Shown here piece by piece: positions 1 to 12,260 of a DNA stretch of 64,000 nt (position 1 is the stretch's first letter; each line of letters starts with the position of its first letter). The stretch is from NCBI GenBank assembly GCA_965202585.1, contig OZ241827.1, positions 45,198,001 through 45,262,000 of the forward strand. The letters run 5' to 3'. Origin of the DNA: Thalia democratica (Eukaryota). The translations under genes and the position numbers were made by a program. The notes under the pieces are model-generated. The model was not told the DNA's origin. It saw only the letters and a program-made list of their open reading frames with translations, and ran no database searches.

Positions 1-1
1 A

Positions 2-3000
2 CAATCGTCTGACTACAAATCCGAATTAGATTCTTACGCCCTGGAACTACAAGAAACTAAGGACCAACTAAAACTAGTCGAGCAGGTTCTATACTTTATA
101 TAATCCAAAGTTTATTTTAACTTTATTTTGCTTTGAAAGTTAAACAAAAACTAGTACAGTGTGAATTTTTAAACATTTTGCAGATTTTTAATAAATTTTT
201 TAGTTTTTTGTTTTCCAAACGTTGTAGAACCGTGTTTCAAATCAAGTTTTCCGTAATTTGGTGTAATTTAAACATTAAATAATTTTATGATAGTTCGACT
301 GAAACTAGTTTCATACTTGCATGTTTTAGGAAAATCGAAATCATATTCGTTGTCGTGATGACGTGTTATTGGAAATTGTGCGCTTGAATGAACAAATTAC
401 GTCATTGCGTCAGAAAATTGAGTTGCTTCAGAAAAATGAAGCAGCAAACGCTGTTGAAGTTGAAAAATTAGGAGAAAAATTAATTAAGATGAAAGAGGAA
501 GTAATTAAAAAAGAAAACGTTAATTGTGTTTACTTAATTTTTTAGTTTATGATTTTACTAGTTTTATAATTGAATACAGGTACTAACGTAAATCTTGTTT
601 TAAAGTAAAATCAAAACTTGTTAATTTAAATTTCTAAAAGTGAAACTGCTCACTTAGCTTAAAAAATTAATTTTTAGATGATAAAATATTGGTTAAAAAA
701 CACGTTATAACTTTATTTAATTGGTGAATTAATTCTATATAGCTGTTTATATGTTTTGATTATAAGAGAAGTGATGTAAGTTTAACAAAAAATTTAAAAA
801 TAGTCAAACAACAAGTAATTATAAACATGTGTTTAGCATTTTCGTATGAAACAAACTGTATATGGATATAAAACAAACTGTATTTAAAATTTTAATAAAA
901 CTTGTATTTAATTTACAATCAATATTTAGAGACAGATCGTCTAAAAAATACTTTTAATTAAATTTTTTAAGTTTTAAATTCTATCTTAAATTTTTGATAA
1001 CTTAAAATTTCGTAACAAGTTCAAAATATTTAACCTATTTATCTATTTATTAAAAGACGTAGACAATTTTCTTTAAACCATTTTTCATCAAAACATTTCT
1101 TCAAAACGGTGTAATCAGATACTAAAAGTATGCGTATTAAAATCTTACAAAGTGAAATGAGGCATTGAATATCAACTAGCTCAAAACGTTTGTATATTAA
1201 TTTCAAGTTTTAAGCTTTAAAGACTTTTTATGTTCTCCTAGATATTTTTCACCTAGTATTCTAAATAATCTAGGAAATGGAGATGATTCAACAAAACATT
1301 GACCTAGAAAACAACAAGTATTTGAACAATATTAACAAACTGAAGGAGCAAGTTTCTAATTTAAAGTTTGAAGTTCACGAAAACAAAATCGAAGTTGAAC
1401 AGCTACAATCAAAAAGAGATAGTATGGTGCATGATATGGAAAGGTAAATAATAAGTATAAAAGTTGGTGCACCACAATTCAAGTTCTGAACTTTTCGCAC
1501 TTCGCTCACCCCTGATTTAGAACGTTATCTTTAATATTTTTAATTATTACTCTACTATATGTTTATTTTTATATCAATCCGTTTTTTCTGTAACAACTTA
1601 TTTTTATCTGTTAGTTTTGTCAACAGTATCACTTAGGCATTAAAATCAATGCGTTTAAACAGCAGACAAGCAATAAAAAAACGAATATTTTTTTTTCGAA
1701 TTTACAAAACCATAAATATTTTTTTGATTAAAAATACAAATTTATACAACAGTAATAGCTAATTATTAAAAAAACTTACGTAAAAAAATTTACACTACTA
1801 CATATTAAACTTAAACTTGTACTGTAGTACAACAGATCAAAGGCTTTTCTTAAAGTTTTAGTTAAGAAAAATTAAGCATTCAAAAATCCATTGAAAAATC
1901 TGGAGCACATAAAAAACAAAAAAAATTCTCAATAACATCGTCGAGGGACTTATTATTTTAAGAGAGAAGATTATAGATTTAAATTTCTTAAAACTATCGT
2001 GCCCACTTGTAAAGTTTATAAGCATCATTCCATATTGTTGCAACCATTAAAAAAACTCTAGTGGCCACTGGCCATATACATTAAAGATTATTTTGAGTTT
2101 GGTTTTAAAGTGTTAAAAACTGCACTAAATAGTTTAGGTTTTACATTTTTACATATTCACAAAATTACAAAAGTTGTCATTGTTTTAAATAGCAAAAAAT
2201 GAAAAATTTCCTTTTTTTGTGGTTTAAAAGCTGCAAATCTTTTTAATTTTTTAATTTGCTAAACACACAAATAGTTCTAAGTTCGCCATAAGTATATTGA
2301 AATTTACATTTAATTTCAAATATTTAACTTTTTTTATTATTTATTTGTTTCTCATTTTTGATTCTCGTTTGTAAAACATTATTTTTGTTTAATTTTTATA
2401 AGATAAAAACTTAAAAACTTGTACTTAAAAAACTAACTGTGTAATATAAAAATAAATGCTGTAAAAACTTACATTTCATTCTGAACTTACTTGAAGTTTT
2501 TATAATATTAGTTTACTTTTTCTTTGCAAGTCACAAATTATACAAAAACCTAAAAAGTTATAACCACAAAATTAAAAAACAAATCGACCTAAAATAAATC
2601 AACAGACTAGGAAGAGTGAATGATAAATTTATTGATTTAGAATCTAAATGTTCCAAAATTAGACAAGAGCTTGAAAAAAGCGAACGAGAAAATTTAACAT
2701 TATCCAGAAACAGTGAAGCTATGCAAACTACAATAAACAATCTTGAAGATGATTTGCGATCAGCTAAGAGTAAATTAGTTGCGGAAATTCAAAATTTAAA
2801 TGAAAAGGTATATATGTTAAAAATAAAAATGTACATTTTGTAATATTTCTCTATTTCTGGTTTATATAGGTATTTTAAGAAAATGTATTATATTTCTTTT
2901 TATCAAATGATTGAGTGTTAATAAAAAAAGTTAAACGTATTATTTTTTCACAAAAAAATTCTTTATACTCTAATATCTTAAAAATTTATCTTAAAACTAT

Positions 3001-6000
3001 TGTTTAATAAAAAAACACTTTAAATTTTTTTTGTAACGCTAAAGTAATCAGTTGGTTATGCGTTTTGTTTCAACTGAATTCAATAAATTTACTATGTACA
3101 TAACTAAGTTTGTAATACTAAATTTATAGTATTTTAAAATTTTGACTATGTTTAAGTTTTTTTGTACAACTCCAAAGTTAAAGTTGTGTAGAATAACACA
3201 AGTAGTTTTTAAAATAGCTTAATTAATTACTACTAAAAGTACAAATTCCATTACTTAAGAAACATTTATCTAGCTTTATACTAAAGCAGGGCTGCCACAA
3301 GGTCAGGAAAATCAGGAAAAGTCAGGAAAAACTAAAAAAATTACAAAAGTCAGGAAAAAATGGGGTTTTTTGAAAATAAGTCAGGAAATTTGAAAAAAAT
3401 TGAAAAAATGTCAGATTTTGTCAGTTCAAATTTTCAAAATTACTTATTTTCGAAAGCCTTTAAATGGTAAAAAATCGATTAAAAATCCTTTAAAGTCAGA
3501 CTAAAACTGCAAAATTTTTCTAGAAATTTACAAAATTACTTAATTTCCAATGCCTTCATCTCGTAAAAATTGATAAAATATCCTTTATAAAAATGCAAAA
3601 TTTTTCTATTAACATAATGATCGAATTCAGCAAAAAAATATGTTGCTTTAACCTGTCTAAAATTAAGGTTGAAATCTTTATAAAGTTTCAAGTATTCAAT
3701 TATGTATTTTAAAATAAGTTTAAATTAAAGTTTGAGTGAGAAACGTCAGGAAATTTTTCTCAGCTTGATCGGTGGCAACCCTGCTAAAGTAACTGTGTCC
3801 TCAAAGTTATGCTAAACTTTTTAATTAGCTTTGCTTTTTCTTATATATTTCAAAAGTAACTTCAAAGTATTTATAAAACTGTATATGAATAAATTGATAT
3901 TAATTAATTTTGTAATGGGATACGCTGAAACTATTTTAATGCTAATTGTTTGCAACATTTTAATATGTAGGTTTTAAAAACAAAGCTATAAATCATTGAG
4001 TTATGTGCCTTGATCTTTATATTTACAACATACCTTTAGTGAATAAGTCAGTTAGTTTTCTTACCGCAGTTTCTCAGATTTTGTATAACTGTAACATAAG
4101 TTTTAGTCATATTTTACTAGTAAATTACATTGTTTTCGCACAACAACATAATTTATAAAATTTTACGAAGATTGCTTTGTTAGAAGATCACTCTACCAGA
4201 GATTCAAAAGAAATCAAATCGTTGGAAGGAACAGCCCAGGAACATTGCGACAGAGCTAATCGCTTGTCCAAAGAGCTGAACAACATTAGACTGGAACTAA
4301 TTCATCAAAAACAACAGCTTCGGTAATTTGACGTTTTATTTAAAAAAGTATATTACATTCAACTGTTTTACTTGAGTTATTTGAATAAGTAAAAACAAAA
4401 AAAAAAACCATCAGTTTTTACATCTAAAATCCATCGAAAGTTTTAAAGATCCTAAATAAGTTTTAGAAAGTTTGAATTATCAGGTATAAGGAGGAAGAGT
4501 TCCTGAAGCAGGTGCGTGAAAGCGGTCAAGTGGAACGAAGCTTGCGTGAGGAGGTCAGATCGGCCCATGACCAACTCGCTTTGATCATTTCGTCCAATAG
4601 AAAGTTGCCTGTAGATGATTTGGGAGAACTGTACAAGAAGCAGCGGGATATGCAGAAGAAGGCAAACAAACTGAAACAAGTCAGCTGAGTTATTATTATT
4701 TTAAACAGCTGAGTTGTTGTTTTAAATTTTTTTGGTGAAATACCTGTTGTGGGAACGTGTCAAAAATGTACGAAGACAAAATTGCACGAGGTTACTAAAT
4801 TGTTTGAGGGGAATAAATTGCACGAGGGCAAAAAACTGCACGAAGATACTTTTGCACGAAAAAAAAATTGCACGAGGGAACAAAATTGCACAAAGACAAT
4901 TTTGCACCAAGGATCAATTTTGCACGATTTGAAATTTTGCACGGAGGGTCATTTTTGCACGAGAGTAAAAAAAAGAAAAAAGTTACTGACCGAGGGTAAG
5001 GGTTAGGGGTAACAGTGATAGTAAAATAAAAAATAACTAATAAAATTATTATTATAAAAAAGAATAAATAAAAATAAATTAATTAAAAAGAAAAAAAAAT
5101 CTATAGACCGTGGGTAAGGGTTAGGNNNNNNNNNNNNNNNNNNNNNNNNNNNNNNNNNNNNNNNNNNNNNNNNNNNNNNNNNNNNNNNNNNNNNNNNNNN
5201 NNNNNNNNNNNNNNNNNNNNNNNNNNNNNNNNNNNNNNNNNNNNNNNNNNNNNNNNNNNNNNNNNNNNAGCAGTAACAGTGATAAAAAAAAACTAAAAAA
5301 ACTAAAAATCAATCTGTGAAAAAATGTCTCCGTGCAAAAGGGTCTTTGTGCAAAAGTATCTTTGTGCAATTTTGTGCCCTCGTGAAATTTTGCACGCTCG
5401 TGAAAATTTGACAGCTACCCACCTGTTATACCTGTAAAAGGTTTAAAATTACGTATTTTTTACTAGCTTATCTAGTTTTCCTTAATTCCAGTCCGAGAAA
5501 CTTAATGATTTAATGTTGAAGATTTGTTTGGCGTTTACTAATTATTTAAATTTTTATTTATTTAAAAAGTCATTATACAATACGTACATGATTTTAAATG
5601 TATATGCAGTTATATACGCTGTATAATGTATATATGGCTTTTAAATTATATGATAAGACTTTAGTAATAGAACTAATTGCTTAAATTCGCTGTAGGCTTG
5701 AAAAAGTCTTGCAAAAACTGATCGGCTTATTTAATACACACTGAGTGTACAAAATATTTTGTTTAAAAAACTGCATGACATATAAATCAGTATCAAATCT
5801 AAGAAAGTATTAAAAGTATTACTTTTTTGAGTCATTTCCTACTTCTACTATATTAAGCACTCAGACTTCAAGTATTTAGTTACTATATTTATACAGTTTT
5901 GCATTCAAGTAATAAACTATTTGGTAATAAAAAATAATTTTCTTACATTTAATTTTATAAATGTTTGATAATAAAGTTTGTGTTTAAATGTATTGCATAC

Positions 6001-7496
6001 TTGTTATAGTATATTTATTTAAATGAAGGAAATATTATTTGTAATTTTACAAATTTGTAAGGTTTTACAATACATATTTTTCAAAATAAATACTTTACAC
6101 ACTTTTTGCAGCGATAGTACTACCGAATAACTTATGTTGACTCTAATAACACTGGCTGATAACATTTTACCTAAAAATACTTTTAAAGCTGTTTAAAATA
6201 TTAACAATTTTGTCTTAATGATAGTTCGAAAATAAACACAAATTGACATAGTTAATTATGAAACTTTATTTAGTACAAAAAATTAGTTCAAAAATTTGAA
6301 GATATAGTATGAAGCTTTGTTTTAACCTTTACTCCTTTTTAAAAAATGATGTCAAACTCGTAGTAGTAAATGTTTATTTTCCAAAGTTAGTTGTTAAAGG
6401 TTTATGTTAGACCTATTAAAATAAGTAAATAAACACTAAAAAGTTAAACTGTGTGTCAGATGTTTGTTTTCTAAATATACAAATAACTAAACTTTTCTTT
6501 CAACTAGTTTGTTTCAGTAGAAGCAAGTCCTTAAGTTTTTATGCGAAAAAAGACATTTTTATTGTAAGTTAAACTTCAAAAAATACTTAAAAATATTTTT
6601 TTTTTTACAAACCACACAGATTGATAGAAAGAAAAACCCAGATACAAGTTCAAATAAAAAAGATTACGACTTACAAAAATTGCAAGATGATTTGCAAAAG
6701 CGGCAAGAAGAAATAGCTTACCAAATTAAACAAAGAGTGTGTTTTTAATGAACATTTTTACTAAACGATTTGATTGCATAGAATATAGTTTCAAGGAAAG
6801 CAAAACAACTTTAAACTTATTTAATACGCTATCTTACTAGGCTTTTAGATTACATTTTTTGTAACTATCAAAACTGTTATCTTATATGTATAGTAAGTAA
6901 TAAAAGCTCATGTAAAAATTAAATTTTAGTATTTCCAGATTACTTTAGATAATATTATATTAAAATAAAGTTTCAAATAGTTAGTATTAATGAGTCAAAT
7001 AGTAATAATATTTAACTTTTTATCTTATAACCATTGGAAACTATTTAAATAAGTTTGTGAATTGCATAATTATTAGGTCAACAGGCAAAAGGAACAAATA
7101 GAAGCAAGACAAAAACAATCAGAAGGAAAACTATTATCACTTAAGAAAAAGCTTGATAATTTAGATGAAATTGTTAGTTTTTTTTTGAAAGTTAAAATTG
7201 TAAAACTTTTTTTTTTATAGTTTTTTTATCAACATAGTTGTCTTTAAGCAAATGAATAGATATCAATGTGGTTTGACTCCATAGGAACCAAAATTTACGT
7301 CTTGATTATTTAACTAAATTAGCTTTTTTTTACCACACAAAAATTACTACAAAACTTTGTGAACAAACTAAATTTGTACTTTTTAAAACATTATTCTCTC
7401 CATATGTTTTATTTACTAATTAGTTTGTTTTAAATTTAATTTCAGGTTAACACAAACACATCAGTGACTAGAGACGATAATTTATCGGACTTGTAA
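2..7496 (+). CDS. Long coiled-coil protein, 5'-truncated; 9 visible exons (2-85, 330-500 or 518, 1274-1443, 2606-2807, 4171-4322, 4484-4679, 6620-6736, 7077-7172, 7446-7496)
   Basis: GT-AG flanked exons join in phase into one E/K/Q/L-rich heptad ORF (e.g. LESKCSKIRQELEKSERENLTL) ending ...DDNLSDL* at TAA 7494-7496, with an AATAAA near 7826. No family recognised. Confidence 0.8.
3287..3783. mobile_element. Non-autonomous TIR element (MITE) with 6-bp target duplication, in an intron
   Basis: TIRs CAGGGCTGCCAC / GTGGCAACCCTG (1 mismatch), flanked both sides by CTAAAG; subterminal TCAGGAAAA repeats. Confidence 0.85.
4749..5422. mobile_element. MITE-like element with inverted arrays of TTGCACGA repeats, spanning an assembly gap
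   Basis: Termini GTGGGAACGTGTCAAAAA / TTTGACAGCTACCCAC; flanking direct repeat CTGTT (or ACCTGTT); left arm has many TTGCAC(G)A units and right arm has TCGTGCAA/TGTGCAA; internal GGTAAGGGTTAGG motifs. Confidence 0.7.
5126..5268. other. Assembly gap (N run)
   Basis: Run of N directly visible. Confidence 1.
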
Positions 7497-8225
7497 AACC
7501 ATAGTTCAATTTTAAGAACAATATTTTTGTACTTGGCTTCTAAATAATTTACTTGTATTTTTACCTTTAAGCAAAACCGTATTTTCCAATTTAAAAATCT
7601 GTTTATTTGTATTTTCTTGAAATCTTGTATGATTTATTACACTGTGAAAAGTAATTATGTGGATCAAAGTGCCTAATATACTTTCTTTGTTATTTCGAAT
7701 TTTTATCCATCCTTTTGTTGCTAATGAATTTATTATTTTGTTTATGAATTAAGTTTTTTAACTTTTGTGTTTAATTTTATGTTGTAAGGTGCTTCTTCAT
7801 TTGTTATTTAAAATACTTCTATAACAATAAAGTAACTGTGTTAAAAAAGAATTATAGAATTGTTATTACTTTGTACAACATAGTAAAAAGTAGGTGTTTG
7901 GACAATATAAATCTAAAAATGCTTATTGATGGTTCACAAAAGTATTATTTTTAAGTATAAACAAAAACAGCAGGTTATATAAATTTAGTTTAATCAAAAA
8001 TTTATTTTTACCGCATATGCTACTTTGAAGCAACGTAGATTACTTTAATATGCTTTAAATTTAATGCGATTACTTTTATGATTAATGGTTATGATTTTTA
8101 CAAAAAATATCTATTTAAAAGTTTTAAATTCTGCCTCTACGACTAAAAATAAAAATTTAAAACTTATTTTTTTTAAAGACTAACTTGAAAATCAACTAGC
8201 TGTATATGCTTTTGACGTACTAGAT

Positions 8226-8501
8226 CAGCGGTTCTTAACTTTTTTTTTCATATTTCACCCTTTTATGGAAGGTAATTACCAAGTTTGTCTCCAAATATAC
8301 AAGGTAGTGTTTAATTTTGAAGAAAAAAATAGACTCTTTAAATATATAAGAATGTAAAAAACTAATTCAAGATTACAGTTAAAAACTAACTTATAAATGA
8401 AAAACAAAATTAATTTACATAACTTGTACTAAAGAAAATTAACCCCCTAAAACAAGGAAATTTACCCCAGGGGTAAGTTTACCTCAGGTTAAGAATCGCT
8501 G
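8226..8501. mobile_element. hAT (Buster/Charlie-type) MITE
   Basis: TIRs CAGCGGTTCTTAAC / GTTAAGAATCGCTG; 8-bp TSD TACTAGAT/TACTAAAT with the central TA typical of Buster-type hATs. Confidence 0.85.
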
Positions 8502-11500
8502 TACTAAATCAAGCTAATAAATTTTTATAAAAATCCTTGAGACAATTAAAATGTTTAAGTAAACTTTTAATTTGAACTCTTTGTCTTTTTAGACATATCT
8601 TTTAAATAACGAAATCCAATATACATATTTTGTATGTCCAAAAACTTTAAACATAATACAAATAATGTTGTTAAACACTTAAAACCTAGCTTCTTACTAC
8701 TATAGTTGTAAATTTTAATTTTCTATAGTTATAAAACAAGATAAACTTAGCAATTAGTTTTTTTTTATATTCATACAAATTAGCTTTTAAAAATTATTAA
8801 GTTTCATTTATAACAATTGCAGTGTAAAAGTAACTTGATGAAGTTGTTAAAAAATTTATAGTTCGACTTAAGTAATGAATTTCGTTAACAATGTATACAA
8901 ACTATTTTTCATTAAAAATGTTGTGCGATTTAACGCATCTGTAGAGATATGAAATACTAAATAAACTGTTACAAGAACTTTAGGTATCTAACTTAGTTTT
9001 TTAATTACACAATTTTTGTTTTTCTCTGCTTTTTAATGAAACTGATATAAATTTTCAATTGAAATGTTGTTAACCTTATTTAAAACTACAAACGTAGAAC
9101 TTTAAAAAGTTGAAAATTTAAATTTTAGAGATTAATATACTCTTTTTAATACTTTTTTTAGTCGGTATCTGTTTAAAAACAAAAAGTTCTCACTTGTACT
9201 TAACTTGTTCTAAACTTTGTAAAAAGAAATTCAATTAAAAAACAGCAAGTCAAAAACCTAAGTCTTTTAATACAAGGTAGAATTTTTTAAATAAAACGTG
9301 TAATTTGCTCTCAAAAATACTAAAAAATGTATATTTAGAAAATAAAAGATCGTTTATAATCATAAAAACTTTATATTTTAAACATTAATATTCGACGACA
9401 CTTTTCATATTATATTAATAAAATAGTTTAGTTATATAACTTACCCATCACTATTATATATTTAAAACTGTTTTAAGTAACGATTTTAAGTATGTACTTA
9501 TTTTTTTTATCTTGATATTTGAAGTAGTTGATAGTAATGAATCTTAATCTTCACAGACTTTCAATAATTTTGTCATACGTCCGTTTAAACATATACGAGT
9601 TTGAATTATGTTTACTCTTAGACAAGGTTTATTCTTCTAAAACATTTGTTAGGTTGAAATAGTTTTTATGTTTATGAGGCGAAAAATTGTTTAAGCAACT
9701 GAATCTTACTAAAAGTGCACCAATAGTTTAAGTTAACAGCATACAGTACTATATTTAAACGTTTTTATAAATAAAAAACTGATAAATATACAAGTTGTAT
9801 ACGTTTTTGTTTTTTAAATGTAAGCAATAAAAAAAATTAACTTCGAATTTAGCTCAGCTGTAAATGATATTAAAAAGGAAAACAATAACAATTGATTATC
9901 AACTAATAAACAATTTATGGTTTTAACGAGTTTTGTGCTTAAGGACATATTAAACTATAAAATAACAATATTTTAAAAACATTTGAAGTTCACTTTTTCA
10001 ATACAAAAAGTTTAAAAATAAACCTGTAACTAGATAAAGTAGTGTGTTATCACATGTCCAGTAGGAGAGAAACAAAATAGAAAAAACACATTCTTGTCCT
10101 TTTTCTCGTTTTCTACTTTAAAACTTATATTAACTCAAAAAATTTAAAATGTCCAGGTACTTTAAAAATTTTCTAATTAAGGACAAGTGCAATTATGAAT
10201 TTTTTAGCGGTATTTTTTTTTTTGGATGTATGATCCCTACGGGTGTTCATCATCGTAAAAAACTTTTTTTTTGTACTATAAACTATACCTAAAGTTTTTA
10301 TTTGGTGATACTTTTGCATTATATGATCCTTTTAATGTATTTCCTAAAAATACTAAAGAAGGGAAGAATCTTATTTGTTGTGTAACTTAGATATGAAATT
10401 AGTCAAAATAAAAATAAAATACTTAAATATTACCAAAAACTTAAAATCTTGGCAACTCTAACAAAATAAAAAGAATAATGTCCGAAAACTTAATTTTTTA
10501 CTAAATACTTTTAAATTAAAGCTGTCACAATGTGTAAAATATGAAAAGTTTAAGTTAATTATACGCATTAAGAGTATTTTTACAACACTTATAAGTTTTA
10601 TAAATGTAAATATTTGTTTATTTTTATTTATTAAGTATTGGTTATTTCTATTAGCTTAGATAAAAGCTTTTCTTGATTTTTTATTTAAGTATAACTTTAT
10701 TTAATTAAAAAAAAATGACAATCTTAAATGCATATGTTTTTAGTATAAAACTAGTTGTATTAGCTATTATTTTATGAAACTTTATTTAATACTTGGTTTG
10801 GTTGCGAAAGTATCTTAACTCGTAAGTATTAAAGACTTATGTAGCGTGATATAATGTTTCGTGTCACTTTATTACAAATGGACTAATGAAGTCATGTTTA
10901 GTATTGCAACACGCTTATCGGAGTATCTGCTTTCGTTTTATGTTCGTGTAGCTTTTAATTCAGTAATAGTCGGTGTCTTGTTAAATTTCAAACGTTGTTA
11001 CGTTTTATTGTTTGTTAATCTCGTAACTTTTTACTTTTAAGTTTTTGCTCTTAATGATATGACACTTTGGTTTAAAAAGTGTTACGTATTAAAACTTTTT
11101 TAAACTAAAGCTTAAGATATAACTAATAGTGATAAAACTATAATTTATATTAATTTAAATCAAAAAAAAACTAAAGTATGTGCGTATAATTATGTAATTA
11201 AGTAAGTAAAGAAATCAAAACTCGAAAAAAAGGTCAAATGACTTGGTGCAAAGAATCATCTATCGGTCATAGAGCTATACACCAATTTTAGAGCTAAAAC
11301 TTCAACCCAACTTAATATAAACCTCTATAGTTGTTTGTATTAAAGGTAAATTTTAACAACTATTATAGGATTTTGCAGACTTAAAAACACACATATATGT
11401 ATATCTTTAAAAAAAACTTTGGTTTAAATGAACACTAGTAAAAGTAACAATTGAAAAAAAATAAAATAAAAAGGGAAATTATTTCAAGTCACAGAACAGT

Positions 11501-12260
11501 CATTTGAAAAACAAATAAGTTCATAAATAAAATTTTTAGTTAAGTGCTTTGAATTTAACAGTCATTAAATACTATTAGTTAGTAACCTTTTGAAAACTTG
11601 ATATATTATGCAGACTATTTCAAAACTTGTACAGTAATTCTAAATGGTTAAACTCGAATATGCAGTTATTAAATGAAAATTTGAGTTTGTAAAACAAGAT
11701 TAAAATCTTAAATTCCGTGCTTTTCGAAAAATTAAAATGAGATTATTATTAAAAAAATATTTTGTGTTTAATCTCTAGACCTTGAACATCTAAAAAAGTT
11801 TTAAATGGTAATGTTTACTAGTAGAGTTTATTAAAATAATTATTACTAATTGCAGCAATTTTTTATAACGATGTAGCTTGCAAATAAGTAGTTTGAATAA
11901 TTGATGTCGTTAGCATCACAAAGTTAATTAAGTTAACAAAGTTTTAAATAGCATGAGATATTTGTACAAATAAAATGCGTTACTTGTAGCAATAGCCTAA
12001 AGTAAAGGAGGAGAGCTTGGCATTTAACGTGGCAATAAGTAAGTAAAATCATAAATGCTAATTTAAAAACAGGTAGAATTAATTTTTGTATCTTCTTTAA
12101 TGTGTTTACAATATAACAAAACTGCTATTTAGTTATGCGGTTTACGGGCTTAAGTAAGTTTGTGAAAATGTATCTTAGGTGGACTTTGCGGTGTATTTAT
12201 ATTTTAAATAAAAATTACACGGTGTTAGTATGCTACATTTACAGGTGCAATTTCATAACA

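Noticed and set aside
4993-5125. Telomeric repeat or telomere
   Set aside because: Only isolated GGGTTAGG units inside a TIR element, with no TTAGGG array.
4722-5369. Several 60-85 aa ORFs on both strands
   Set aside because: They are by-products of the TTGCACGA repeat array and the N gap.
10170-10575. Possible TTAA-flanked DNA transposon
   Set aside because: One end looks element-like (TTAAGGACAAGTGCAATT), but no convincing matching TIR or TSD was found.
12135-12260. Upstream in-frame extension of FReD exon 1 given by the ORF track
   Set aside because: The extension looks like AT-rich UTR; the ATG at 12261 has a better context and places the hydrophobic segment near the N-terminus.
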